Of a stretch of DNA of 64,000 nucleotides, positions 17,543-26,870 are shown piece after piece. The stretch lies in contig JAUVVA010000002.1 of assembly GCA_030604905.1 (NCBI GenBank), positions 8,641-72,640 of the forward strand, written 5' to 3'. Source of the DNA: Verrucomicrobiota bacterium. GTDB lineage: Bacteria; Verrucomicrobiota; Verrucomicrobiia; Opitutales; Opitutaceae. Position 1 is the stretch's first letter; every line of letters starts with the position of its first letter. The position numbers were made by a program, and so were the translations under genes. Under the pieces are notes generated by a model. It was given only the letters and a program-made list of their open reading frames with translations, was not told the origin of the DNA and did no database searches.

Positions 17543-19525
17543 TTATTCGTGGAAGCTGAGCGCGGGCTCGGGTGTTTTGGCGGGGGAGCTGAGGCTCCGG
17601 GCGGCGACCTTCGTTTTGGCCGAGGGCGTGGCGGTCGCGGCCTGGGGGCGGGCGGCGCTGGTCCGAGCCGGGTGAGCGGCGCGGGGCGCGGAGGCGATCT
17701 CCGGGGCGGTGTGGGCGCTGGCGCCGACGAGGGCGGCGAGGCGGGCGGCGGCTTGCTGGAGCTCGGCGGACTGGGCGTTGAGCTCTTCGGCGGCGGAGGC
17801 GGTTTCCTCGGCGCCGGCGGCGTTGGACTGGGTGACCTTGTCCATCTGCGAGACGGCGGTGTTGATCTGGGCGAGGCCCTCGGACTGTTCCTGGGAGGCG
17901 GTGGCGACCTCGGCGACGAGGCGGTCGACCTCGCGCGATTTTTCGAGGATCTCCTTGAGGCCGGCGGAGACGCGGGTGGAGAGCTCGACGCCTTGGGCGG
18001 ACTTGTGGGTGGCGTCGGCGATCTTGTCGGCGGTCTCCTTGGCGGCGACGGCGGAGCGCTGGGCGAGGGAGCGGACCTCGTCGGCGACGACGGCGAAGCC
18101 GGCGCCGGCCTCGCCGGCGCGGGCGGCCTCGACGGCGGCGTTGAGGGCGAGGATGTTGGTCTGGAAGGCGATCTCGTCGATGGTCTTGATGATTTTGGAG
18201 ATGTCGTTCGAGGACTGCTGGATCGCGTTCATCGCGGCCTGCATGCGCTCCATCTCGGAGGCGCCGGACTCGGCGGCGGAGCGGGCGTGGGCGGAGGCGG
18301 CCTTGCCGGACTGGGCGTTGTCGGCGTTGCGGCGCGTCATGCTGGAGAGCTCCTCGATGGAGGAGGAGATTTCCTCGAGGGAGGCGGCCTGCTCGCTGGA
18401 GCCCTCGGCGAGGGACTGGCTGGCCGAGGAGACCTGACCGGCGGCGGCGGCGACCTGGAGCGAGCCTTGGGTGAGGGACTCGGCGGTCAGGGTGAGGGCA
18501 CGGTTGACGCCGCGGATGATGAGGAAGGCGGCCGCGATGCCGACACCGAGCATGATGACGAGGCCCCAGATCACGCGGTTGGAGGCGGAGCTGAGCGAGG
18601 CGGAGGAGCTTTCGGCGTAGTTGAGCGTGCGCTCGATGGAGCGGTCGACGACTGCGTTGACGATGTCGTCGAAGCGGGTGGCGGCCGCACCCCGGGCGGC
18701 GTTGATCGTGTCGGCGCTTTCGAAGTATTTGATGATGCCGATCACGCCCTCGCGGTAGGCGGCCGCGGCTTGCCCGATGTTTTCCAGCTTGCGCAGGGTC
18801 TCGGGCTCGGTGGTCGAGGCGAGCAGGGCGCGACGAAGCGTCTCCATTTTTTCGAAGTTGGGCAGGCCCTCGCGGATGTGGACGCTCTCGCGCAGGGCCT
18901 GGGCTTTCTGACCGCGAATGCGGACGTCGTTGGCCAGGTTGAGGATTTCTTCGCCCCGTTCGTTGGCGAGGCGCCAGGCTTCGATGGTCTCGCGCGAGGC
19001 ATTGTCGCGGATGGCGCGGGTGAGGGCCTCTTGGGACTCGCGGTTGAAGGCGAGCATGTCGGTGAGAAAGCGCGCCGCCTGCACTTCGAGCGCGGCGCGA
19101 ATGCGGAGGAGTTCGCCGACGTTTTGTTGGGTGGCCTTGAACTGGGTGACGTAGTCGGCGAAGGCTTTTTCACCGTCTCTCACGGCTTCGGCCAGCGCGG
19201 TCAGCGAAGGTTGGGCGAGGGAAAGTTTTTTCGCGGCCGCGAGCTCCTGCTCGACTTCGGCGATGGCTTTTTGCGTCAGCTGAAGTGCGGCCTCGTCTCC
19301 GGTGTAGGCGTAGGAGCGGGCGTTTTTCTGCATGTCGCCCGAAGATTGGGCGAGGGCGCTGGTCACGCTCGCCTGCGGGGCGACCGCTTCGGCAAGAAAC
19401 ACGGCACCGTCGGCCGCGTGTAACATGCGCCAGGTGGCAAAGCCGCCGAGGCCGGCGGCGAGCAGGAGGAGGAAGGCAAAGCCAAGCGCTACGCGTTGAC
19501 CGATGGTGAGCTGGGAGGTTTTCAT
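17543..19525 (-). CDS. Methyl-accepting chemotaxis protein (2 TM, large helical periplasmic sensor, no evident HAMP)
   Basis: '[43 protein letters not shown]' hairpin tip. Confidence 0.96.
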   Translation of the reverse strand: MKTSQLTIGQRVALGFAFLLLLAAGLGGFATWRMLHAADGAVFLAEAVAPQASVTSALAQSSGDMQKNARSYAYTGDEAALQLTQKAIAEVEQELAAAKKLSLAQPSLTALAEAVRDGEKAFADYVTQFKATQQNVGELLRIRAALEVQAARFLTDMLAFNRESQEALTRAIRDNASRETIEAWRLANERGEEILNLANDVRIRGQKAQALRESVHIREGLPNFEKMETLRRALLASTTEPETLRKLENIGQAAAAYREGVIGIIKYFESADTINAARGAAATRFDDIVNAVVDRSIERTLNYAESSSASLSSASNRVIWGLVIMLGVGIAAAFLIIRGVNRALTLTAESLTQGSLQVAAAAGQVSSASQSLAEGSSEQAASLEEISSSIEELSSMTRRNADNAQSGKAASAHARSAAESGASEMERMQAAMNAIQQSSNDISKIIKTIDEIAFQTNILALNAAVEAARAGEAGAGFAVVADEVRSLAQRSAVAAKETADKIADATHKSAQGVELSTRVSAGLKEILEKSREVDRLVAEVATASQEQSEGLAQINTAVSQMDKVTQSNAAGAEETASAAEELNAQSAELQQAAARLAALVGASAHTAPEIASAPRAAHPARTSAARPQAATATPSAKTKVAARSLSSPAKTPEPALSFHE

Positions 19526-19543
19526 AGGGGGTTGCTTCGGCTT

Positions 19544-19570
19544 CAATCGGTCCGCTGCGGGGCTGGTTTA
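19544..19570 (-). promoter_or_regulatory. sigma28 (FliA)-type promoter of the MCP gene
   Basis: TAAA-N15-ACCGATTG. Confidence 0.7.
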
Positions 19571-19662
19571 GCGTGGGCCTTGCATTATGGGGTGAGATTC
19601 CTAGCGCTCAGGTCCGATCCGGCTGGTCGAGGCCCTCCCGTGCGGGCGCGAAATCTTTCCGC

Positions 19663-22600
19663 TCAACTCGGGTTCGGTGCCGCCGCGAGGTGAGCGAGGA
19701 TGCGCTCCACGTCGACGACGTCTTTGGGGCGGCGCGAGTAGTCCTTGCGATCGAGGATGAGCGGCAGGGCGGCGAACTTCACGCCCCGGAAAAGGAAGTG
19801 GTGGCGCGGGTCCTCGATCAGGGCGTCGTCGCTGATGGCGACGCGGGGCGGGTGCACCCGGTGGTAGCCTTCGGTGACGATGTCGACGTGGTCGGCGAGG
19901 TGCGTGATGCCGGCGCCGAAGCGCGGGTGCCGGTGGCGGGCGAGGAGGGTGATGTCCAGGTCGGTCGATTCGCGCAGGCCGAGCACTTCGAGCGAGGAAC
20001 TGCCGACGACGCAGCAATCGGCCAGCGGGATGCCGTGCCGCGCGAGCGCGGCTTTGAGCGTCTCGATCCAGGCGAGGAACGCGGCGCGGGGGGCGCGCGC
20101 CGGGCGAAGGAGCAATTGCGCGAGGTTGTGCTCCTCGAGAAGCACGGCGCGGAGGTGGAGGAGCTCGGCCGGGCTGGAGGTGGCGTGGCAGGTGATAAAC
20201 GCGTCGGCGGGAGCGAGGTGCTCGAAGTGGCGTCGCAGGTGGCGCTTGGTGCGCGTGGCCAGATCGCCGCTGCGCTCGGCGGGGGAAACGTTGGCCGCGA
20301 GGACCACGCGGAGGCGGGCCGGGTGGGCCGCTAGGAGCTCGAGCTTGCGCTCGAGGTGCGGCATGTGGGTGAGCTCGGCGCCGTGACTGTAGACGTCGAA
20401 CACCAATTCGCGGAAGGCGGCGGGATGCGCGGCGAAGTCGAGGGTGGTGGAGCCGACGAGGGCGAAGTTGCGCGCGATCTCGCGCTCCATCGCGGGCCAG
20501 GCGTCCTCGAGCGGCGACCAGAGCACAAACAGGGCGGCTTCGGTCGAACGCAGGCCGGCCCAGGCGTGGAGCAGGCGGCGCAGGTCGGCGTCGCCGAAGC
20601 CATGCGCGGTGAACCAGGCGGCGTCCCAGGCGGGGCCGGTGGAGGCGCAGGGGCGGGTGGGCGCGTCGAGGCCCAGGGCGAGGGCGCAGGCGAGACGATG
20701 GGCTCCGTTGCCGATCAGGCCTTCCGGCGTGACCGGCACCGGGTGCGCGGGGTCGAAGCCACGGGCGAGCATGGAGGCGTGTAGCGAGCGCGCGGCGGCG
20801 ACGTAGTCGTCGACCGAGCGTTTGGCGGAGGCGGCGCCGGTGGAGGCGTCGGTCGGCTCGGCGCCTCCGGTGCGTGCGGCGATATGGCGCCGATAAAGCG
20901 ATTCCGCGACGGAGGGATCGCCCTGTCCGGAGAGCGCGCGGAAGAAAAGATACTTCGCGGCAAGGTCGAGGCGCGACGGGGCGAGGAGCGCGAGGCTCGT
21001 GCCCGGGGCGGTGGCGCGAGCCGTCGCGGGGAAGGGCGAGGCGGGGGTCGGAGCGGGCGAAGGGCCGGCGAGAAGGCCGAGGATCGAGTCGAGGGTTTTG
21101 GGGCGGCAATAAAGCTCGCTGTGGATGTGGAAAAAGGCGCGGGCGTCGGGGCCGTGATTCAGTCGCAGACCCTCGTCGAGCAAGCGGTCGAGGCGGAAAC
21201 GCAGGGTGCGGGGATCCTCGGCTTCGTGGGTAAAGCCGAGCCCGCCGTAGAAGGCGTCGCCGCAGAGGACGAGCTCACGGCCGAGCACGAGGGCCTCGAG
21301 GCCGGCCTGCGAGTTGATGGTCACGCAGGCCGCGGCGGAGCGGATGAGCGCATAGGTATCCCGCGTGTTGGCGGCGTCGACCAGCAGGCGCTCGCCGAGG
21401 CGCCGGCTGGCGGCGGCGAAGTCCGGGCAGGCGGCCAGCGCCTCGGCGGTGAGGCCGCGAACCCAAGGGTGCTCGTCGACGAAGCCCGGGTTCTCCTTGG
21501 GATGGAGTTTCACCACGAGGCGCAGGTCGTCGCGGGCGGCGGCGTAGTCGGCGAGCTCGGCGATGAGGCGGGCCTGGGTCCCGAAGCGGCGGAGACCGAA
21601 GAGGACGGACGAGTCCGTGCCGACCTGGCCAAGATAGAGCAGCGTGCGCAGGGTCGAGGCGGGGGCGGCCGGCTGGGGGCATGCGGGCGAAGCCTCGGCA
21701 AGTGGCGCGGCGTGTTCGGCGGATTTGAGCGAGGCCAGGCGCGTGAGGTAGGCGGAGACCGTGGCGGACGCGGTGGCGTCGTCGAGGGTCTCGCGGTGAC
21801 GCCAGTAATGGTTGCGGGCGAGGTTGCGGTTGACGGTGATGCCGGAGACCTCGTCCCAGAGCAGGCGGTCCTTGCGGAAGGTGTTTTCGAGGGCGACGAC
21901 GCGCAGGCCGCGCAGGACGGCGAGGTGGCGGAGTGCGGCGGAGAGGGTGTCGTGGCCCTGGGCGAAGACGACTGTGTCAGGCTGGTGGTGGTCGAGGTGC
22001 AGGCTGGCCTTGTCGAGCAGCGCGATGGCGTGGGCGTAGAAGCTTTCCACCGCGCTCCGGTCCGTCGGCGAGCCGAGGTCAAAGTCCAGCGAGGGGCGCC
22101 GCAATTCCAGCGCGAGGCGGTAGCGGCAGACATCCCAGAGTCGCACGCCCCGGTGCGCGATGTGGTGAAGCGTGGCGTCGGTGAGGGGAGCGGGAAGGCC
22201 GGTGGCGGGAGCGCACGTCTCGTCGATGAGGCTGAGCGACAGCCCGCGTTCGTGAGCGGCGGCCAGAAGGGCGGGCGTGGAGATCCCAAACCACGGTTGA
22301 TGGGCCAGCAGCACGCGGCGGGATCCGGAAGGCGCGGCGGTGGGAGTGCCGACGAGCGCGAGGTCGTGGTAGCAGGCGGCGATGCGGGTGGCCAGCTGCT
22401 CGGGCGCTTGCTCGGTCTCGCGAAGCAGGCGGGCGATGGTCGCGGGCATCGGGGCCGGGGCGGAGCTTGTGCGGCCGGCGGAATCGGGCCCCGAGCCGGC
22501 GGCGGTGGAGCCGCCGGCGGTCGCGGCCGGGCGGGCGGGTGGCGGTGCTTCGGCTTGGTGGAGTGCGAGGCGCAGCGCTTCGTGATCGGGCGCGAAGGAC

Positions 22601-24597
22601 AGGCCGGCGCGAAAAGTGGCGGCGGCGTCGGTGGTGAGGCCGGCGGCGATCTGGGCGTGGCCGAGCGCGAGGCAGGCGGAGGCGGAGGGCTCCCGCGCGA
22701 GCACGGCACGAAAGGCCGAGATGGCTTCGTTGTGGAGCCCGAGCTGCCGGCAGGCGTGGCCAAGCTCGAGCCAGTAATCGGCGCGCGCGGCTTGCAGCAC
22801 GGTGGCCCGGCGCAGATGGGCGAGCCCCGTCTGGCGTTCGGCGAGGGAGTCGGCCTGGCCGGAGTGGTAGAAATCGAGCAAACCCAAGAGGTGGTGGGCA
22901 TCCGCGCAATCGGGGTCGGCGGCGAGCGCGAGCTCGGCGAAGGTGCGGGTGCGCACGTGGTCGCGCCAGTCGTAGGCGAGGCGGGCGACGGCGAGCAAGC
23001 GGCGCGGTTGACGGGGCGGGGTGCGGAGGGCGAGCTGGCGGCGCAGGAGCGCGAGACGGGGGTGGCCGGGGGCGAGGGCGGAGGCCTGTTCCAGCTGGCT
23101 GGCGGCGAGCTCCCAGTTTTGCGCCTCGAGCGCGAGTTCGGCGACGACGAAGAGCGCCTCCACGCAGCGGGGGTCGGCGCGAAGCGCTTCGCCGGCCTGC
23201 TGGAGCGCACCCACGAGGTCCCCGTTCTGCAGGTGGCTGCGCGCTTTCGCGGCGCCGGGCCCGACGGACTCGGCGGTGCCCACCCCGAAGAGAGCGGTCG
23301 CGGGCACGAGGTGTTTCCATTTCAGGCCGGCGAAGCGGCTGGCGAGGGCGGGGAGCGCGGCCGGCGCGGCGTTCCAGAGCCAGGCATGGTTCGCGCGCCC
23401 GGGGGGCGGTGGCTGGTGCAGTGCGCCGAGCCAGAGGTCGGCCGGCGTCGTGGCGACCTCGGCGGGGGCGAGGAGCCGCACGCGTGGCAGCGTGGCGAGG
23501 AGTCCCGGGAAAAACTCGGGGAGACCGTCGGCGCAGGCGACGCGCACGGTCTCGTTTCTCTGGTGGTGGACTTGCAGCCAGTGGTAGGCGCCGATGGCGG
23601 CGTCGAGCGAGAGTGGAGCCGGCACCTGAACCGCGGACTGCGGGAGCGCGAACTCGGGACGCTCGCGGCCGTCGAAGGCGAGCTCGGCGAAGGCGCGGCG
23701 GCGGTGGGCTTCGGAGTAGTGCTCGCTGAACCAACGCGCCCCGGACGCGGCGATGGCGGAGGCCTCGGCCGGGTGGGCGAGCAGATGCTCGGCACGCTCG
23801 ACGAGTTCCTCGGGGGAGGAGTAGCCGATGTAGTCGCGTCCCTCCCGCAGCAGCAGGTCCAGGCCGGAGGCGGGGGCGAGGCGGTCGGTGAGCAGCAGCG
23901 CGCCGCCGGCCAGAATCTCGAAGACGCGCATGTTGAGGTCGCCGTTCATGCTGGCGTTCAGCCCGATGAGCGACCCGGCGTAATGGGCGATGGCCTCGCT
24001 CTGGTGAATCTCGCGCCAGTCGAGCGGCAGTCCGCGCGCAACGAGCGAGGAAAACAGGCGAAGGCGGCGAGGGTGGTAGCTGGTGGTGCCGACGATGGCG
24101 ATGCGAGGCTCGCGGTTGACGGTGGCCGCGGCGCGCACGCGCGCGTCGGAGTGCGCGAAGGTGAGCGAGGGCAGCCAGTGGAGATTGCGAATGCCGGCGG
24201 CGCGGAAGAAGTCGGCGTGGTGTCGGTCGTAGAGCAGGACGACGCGGTCGAAAGGCTGATCGAGCGCGTAGCGGATCAGGTTGCCCAGAGGGTTCGCGCC
24301 GTGGTGGGTGTCGGCGACCAGCAGGATCTTGGGGCACGTGAAGGCGGCGAGGTTGCGCGGCGTGCCGGCCATGCTGGCGCCGTCGACGTGGACCGCCACG
24401 AGGTCGGGCTGCTGATCGGGGCCGAGGCGCGCGGCGACCTTGGCGAGATCGTAGTCTCCGCGCGGGGTGGCGACGGAGAGCCAGCGGCCGTCGTGCCGGC
24501 GGTCGTGGAAATAGGGGCCGCAGTCGACCTGCTCCTCCGCGAGACGCGGCGGGCTCATGTAGTGCGGCTCGGAGCTGTAGGCGAAGAGTAGGCGCAT
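19663..24597 (-). CDS. ~1644-aa multidomain glycosyltransferase: CgeB/Glyco_trans_1_2-like GT, TPRs, KpsS/KpsC (Capsule_synth)-like GT, ParB/Srx-like domain and nucleotidyltransferase-like domain
   Basis: 'GDLNMRVFEILAGGALLLTD'; TPR helices; 'VVKLHPKE' and 'VTINSQAGLEAL'; 'IGNGAHRLA'; 'VGSSSLEVLGLRESTDLDI'. True start is MRLLF at 24597. Confidence 0.8.
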   Translation of the reverse strand: MRLLFAYSSEPHYMSPPRLAEEQVDCGPYFHDRRHDGRWLSVATPRGDYDLAKVAARLGPDQQPDLVAVHVDGASMAGTPRNLAAFTCPKILLVADTHHGANPLGNLIRYALDQPFDRVVLLYDRHHADFFRAAGIRNLHWLPSLTFAHSDARVRAAATVNREPRIAIVGTTSYHPRRLRLFSSLVARGLPLDWREIHQSEAIAHYAGSLIGLNASMNGDLNMRVFEILAGGALLLTDRLAPASGLDLLLREGRDYIGYSSPEELVERAEHLLAHPAEASAIAASGARWFSEHYSEAHRRRAFAELAFDGRERPEFALPQSAVQVPAPLSLDAAIGAYHWLQVHHQRNETVRVACADGLPEFFPGLLATLPRVRLLAPAEVATTPADLWLGALHQPPPPGRANHAWLWNAAPAALPALASRFAGLKWKHLVPATALFGVGTAESVGPGAAKARSHLQNGDLVGALQQAGEALRADPRCVEALFVVAELALEAQNWELAASQLEQASALAPGHPRLALLRRQLALRTPPRQPRRLLAVARLAYDWRDHVRTRTFAELALAADPDCADAHHLLGLLDFYHSGQADSLAERQTGLAHLRRATVLQAARADYWLELGHACRQLGLHNEAISAFRAVLAREPSASACLALGHAQIAAGLTTDAAATFRAGLSFAPDHEALRLALHQAEAPPPARPAATAGGSTAAGSGPDSAGRTSSAPAPMPATIARLLRETEQAPEQLATRIAACYHDLALVGTPTAAPSGSRRVLLAHQPWFGISTPALLAAAHERGLSLSLIDETCAPATGLPAPLTDATLHHIAHRGVRLWDVCRYRLALELRRPSLDFDLGSPTDRSAVESFYAHAIALLDKASLHLDHHQPDTVVFAQGHDTLSAALRHLAVLRGLRVVALENTFRKDRLLWDEVSGITVNRNLARNHYWRHRETLDDATASATVSAYLTRLASLKSAEHAAPLAEASPACPQPAAPASTLRTLLYLGQVGTDSSVLFGLRRFGTQARLIAELADYAAARDDLRLVVKLHPKENPGFVDEHPWVRGLTAEALAACPDFAAASRRLGERLLVDAANTRDTYALIRSAAACVTINSQAGLEALVLGRELVLCGDAFYGGLGFTHEAEDPRTLRFRLDRLLDEGLRLNHGPDARAFFHIHSELYCRPKTLDSILGLLAGPSPAPTPASPFPATARATAPGTSLALLAPSRLDLAAKYLFFRALSGQGDPSVAESLYRRHIAARTGGAEPTDASTGAASAKRSVDDYVAAARSLHASMLARGFDPAHPVPVTPEGLIGNGAHRLACALALGLDAPTRPCASTGPAWDAAWFTAHGFGDADLRRLLHAWAGLRSTEAALFVLWSPLEDAWPAMEREIARNFALVGSTTLDFAAHPAAFRELVFDVYSHGAELTHMPHLERKLELLAAHPARLRVVLAANVSPAERSGDLATRTKRHLRRHFEHLAPADAFITCHATSSPAELLHLRAVLLEEHNLAQLLLRPARAPRAAFLAWIETLKAALARHGIPLADCCVVGSSSLEVLGLRESTDLDITLLARHRHPRFGAGITHLADHVDIVTEGYHRVHPPRVAISDDALIEDPRHHFLFRGVKFAALPLILDRKDYSRRPKDVVDVERILAHLAAAPNPS

Positions 24598-24622
24598 GGT
24601 TGAGGCGACCGCCGGGTAGGGA

Positions 24623-26635
24623 TCAGGCGTCGAGGCGGGCGCGGAGCGCGGCGAGCTCGGGGTGTTCGGCGGCGAGGGAGGCGGCGATGCCGAGGGCCTC
24701 GCGCGCGAGGTCGTGGTTGCCGGCCTCGGCGGCGAGCTCGCAGAGGAGGCGCCAGGCGGCGGCGTTGCCCTCGTGCAGCCGGAGGCAGGCCTCGAGCGAT
24801 TCGATCGCGGGGAGCGCCTGGCCCGCGGCGCGGTAAGCGCGGGCGAGGTCGAACCAGAGCGCGGGATCGGCGCCGGCGCGTTGCAGGGCGGAGAGCAGGC
24901 AGGGCACCGCGCGTTCCGGACGTGCCTCGGCCAGCAGGGCGAGCCCCTCGGCGTGAAGGTCCCCGGGGTGGAGCGAGTGAGGGGTGGCCAGGCGCAGCGG
25001 CGCCCGGTCCCGCCGGAAGCGTCCGGGCCCGCGGGAGACGAGTTCGTCGTGGGCGTGTTCGAGCAGGGCGGCGAAGTCGGCGGCGAGCGCGTAGTGGTCC
25101 GCGAAGCGCGGCAACGTTTCCATGGCCGCGCCGACGCGGGCGCGGCGGGCGGCGAGCGCCTCGCGATGGGCGAGCAGGTGGTGGAGCTCGGCGAGCCGGG
25201 CGTCGGCGTCGGGGAGGATGTTTTCCCCGAGTCCGGCGACTCGCAGCAAAGCGGCCTCGGCCTGGCCGGCCATGAGGATGAGCGGCAGGCCGGTCTCGAG
25301 CGCGAGCGCCGCGGCGGGTCCGGACAAGTCGATGCCGAGGTCGCCGAGGGCGAGGAGCGAGGCGAGCGCGGCGTGGTCCGCCGGGGCTTCATGCAGCACG
25401 AGGTTGGGCAGCGCAGCCGAGTAGATGAAACTCCGGATGGATTCAGCGGTCTCGCGGCCCGGCTCCGGAATGAGCAGGAGCGTGGCGTGTGGCGTCTCGG
25501 CGAGCAGGCGCCGCCAGCGCGCGAGTTTTTCGTGGTCCGGTGAGACGGGTGCGGAGGCGAGCAGCAGCGGTTGATCCTCGGCGAAGCCCAAGAGGGCGCG
25601 GGAAACGGGAGGGCAGTCCGCCGGACGGTCCACCGAGCAATCCCAGGCGGCGGAACAGCCGGGCAGCAAGGCGAGGCGTTCGAGGCAGTCGCGAGGCTGC
25701 GGCGCGGGGCTGTCGAGCTCGCCCGCCACGAGGAGATCGATCCCGGCCAGGCCGGTCGTCCGTGGTCCGAACGCCAGTTGAAGCGGGGCCATCCTCAGGC
25801 TGGCGAGTTGCGCGAGCGGTTGCGGGTGCGGCGAGAGTTCGTCCGCGAAAAGCAGACAGTCCAGATCGAGCGAGCGAAGAGCGTGGATGCGGGCGGCGAG
25901 AGCTTCGGGCAGGAGGTGGACGGTGGCGGCGCCGGCCTCGAGTCGCGCGCGAAGCGCGGCCTCCGGCTCCTCGAAGGTGACGATGTGGACCTCGATGCGC
26001 CGGGGGTCGAGCAGAGCGCAGCGGGCAAGGGTGGCGAAGGTGGCGGCTTCTCGGTCGAGCCGGGCGTGGAGCAGCCCGAGGCGGAGTGCTCGGGAGGCCC
26101 GGGCACGGGCCGGGCGGGTTTCGAGGGCGGCGGCGCCGAGGACGCGTCGCAGGATCCGGCCGCGCGCACGCTGCACGGCGACGCGTTCGGGGGTGCGCAG
26201 GGTCTCAAGCGGGGGCGGGGAGGAGGCGAGGTAGGCGTCGGCCGCCTCCCGAACCGCGGGCGCGGCGAGGTTGCGCTCCATCCAGCCGGCGAGTTCTTCG
26301 TAGCGTCGGACCAGGTGCTTGCCCAGCGCCTCCGCCCGCCCGGGGGGCGGTTGGGCGGGGAAGGCGAGCAGCCAGGTGAAACACGGCCCCCAGAGGGCAT
26401 CGGGCAGCTTTGCGAGCGGGGGGAGCTCGGGTAGTTCAAAAGCGGATACGAGGCTCGCGGCCTCGGCGAGGCCCGAGAGGCCGCGCCCCAACGCCGCGCG
26501 AGCCTCCGCGAGTGCTGTGGCGCTCGCCGCGTCGTCGCGCGCCTTGGCGGCGTGCGACGCCGCGAGAAACGCGCTCTTCAGGGTCTCGACATCGAACTCG
26601 GGGGCGGGGGCGGCGGGGAGACGGGATTGGACCAT
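24623..26635 (-). CDS. GT41 (OGT/SPINDLY/HMW1C)-like protein with C-terminal TPRs, apparently degenerate
   Basis: 'LRLGLL', 'LDLDCLLF', 'RMAPLQ..TTGLAGID', 'ERLALLPG' and 'SRALLGF' follow the GT41 motif order. Confidence 0.7.
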   Translation of the reverse strand: MVQSRLPAAPAPEFDVETLKSAFLAASHAAKARDDAASATALAEARAALGRGLSGLAEAASLVSAFELPELPPLAKLPDALWGPCFTWLLAFPAQPPPGRAEALGKHLVRRYEELAGWMERNLAAPAVREAADAYLASSPPPLETLRTPERVAVQRARGRILRRVLGAAALETRPARARASRALRLGLLHARLDREAATFATLARCALLDPRRIEVHIVTFEEPEAALRARLEAGAATVHLLPEALAARIHALRSLDLDCLLFADELSPHPQPLAQLASLRMAPLQLAFGPRTTGLAGIDLLVAGELDSPAPQPRDCLERLALLPGCSAAWDCSVDRPADCPPVSRALLGFAEDQPLLLASAPVSPDHEKLARWRRLLAETPHATLLLIPEPGRETAESIRSFIYSAALPNLVLHEAPADHAALASLLALGDLGIDLSGPAAALALETGLPLILMAGQAEAALLRVAGLGENILPDADARLAELHHLLAHREALAARRARVGAAMETLPRFADHYALAADFAALLEHAHDELVSRGPGRFRRDRAPLRLATPHSLHPGDLHAEGLALLAEARPERAVPCLLSALQRAGADPALWFDLARAYRAAGQALPAIESLEACLRLHEGNAAAWRLLCELAAEAGNHDLAREALGIAASLAAEHPELAALRARLDA

Positions 26636-26646
26636 GCGAACGCTCT

Positions 26647-26662
26647 TGCAGGTGATGCGCCA
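26647..26662 (-). promoter_or_regulatory. sigma54 -24/-12 promoter of the glycosylation operon
   Basis: TGGCGCATCACCTGCA (GG-N10-GC); the -12 C is 13 nt from the ATG. Confidence 0.75.
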
Positions 26663-26760
26663 CGTTGGGCCTAGATTCCGTTAGCTGCTAAAGAACAGGG
26701 CGTAAGATGATGTTTTAAAGAGGTGAGTGGCGTCGGGCGGTTCGGGACGGAAAACCACGC

Positions 26761-26773
26761 GGCAAGTTTTGCC
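26761..26773. promoter_or_regulatory. Putative bEBP enhancer dyad GGCAAGTTTTGCC
   Basis: Identical to 38040-38052, with the same 112-bp offset to its -24 GG. Confidence 0.7.
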
Positions 26774-26830
26774 CCCTTGGATGGGAGAGGCGGCTTTCGC
26801 GTGGAAACACTTAGCGGCGAAAGCGGGGGC

Positions 26831-26858
26831 TAAACTCCAGGCGCTGCTGTGCCGAAGG
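26831..26858 (+). promoter_or_regulatory. sigma28-type promoter of the HDOD-kinase operon
   Basis: TAAA-N16-GCCGAAGG. Confidence 0.55.
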
Positions 26859-26870
26859 TTCTCGTCCAGA

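Noticed and set aside
20884-24591. 1235-aa plus-strand ORF and many other long antisense ORFs
   Set aside because: Shadow ORFs caused by high GC and codon bias opposite real genes; no recognisable motifs.
24598-25392. N-terminal 265 aa of the 1909-aa ORF (also the extensions of the 793-, 684-, 958- and 314-aa ORFs)
   Set aside because: These are out-of-frame overlaps with real upstream genes; recognisable domains begin at later starts.
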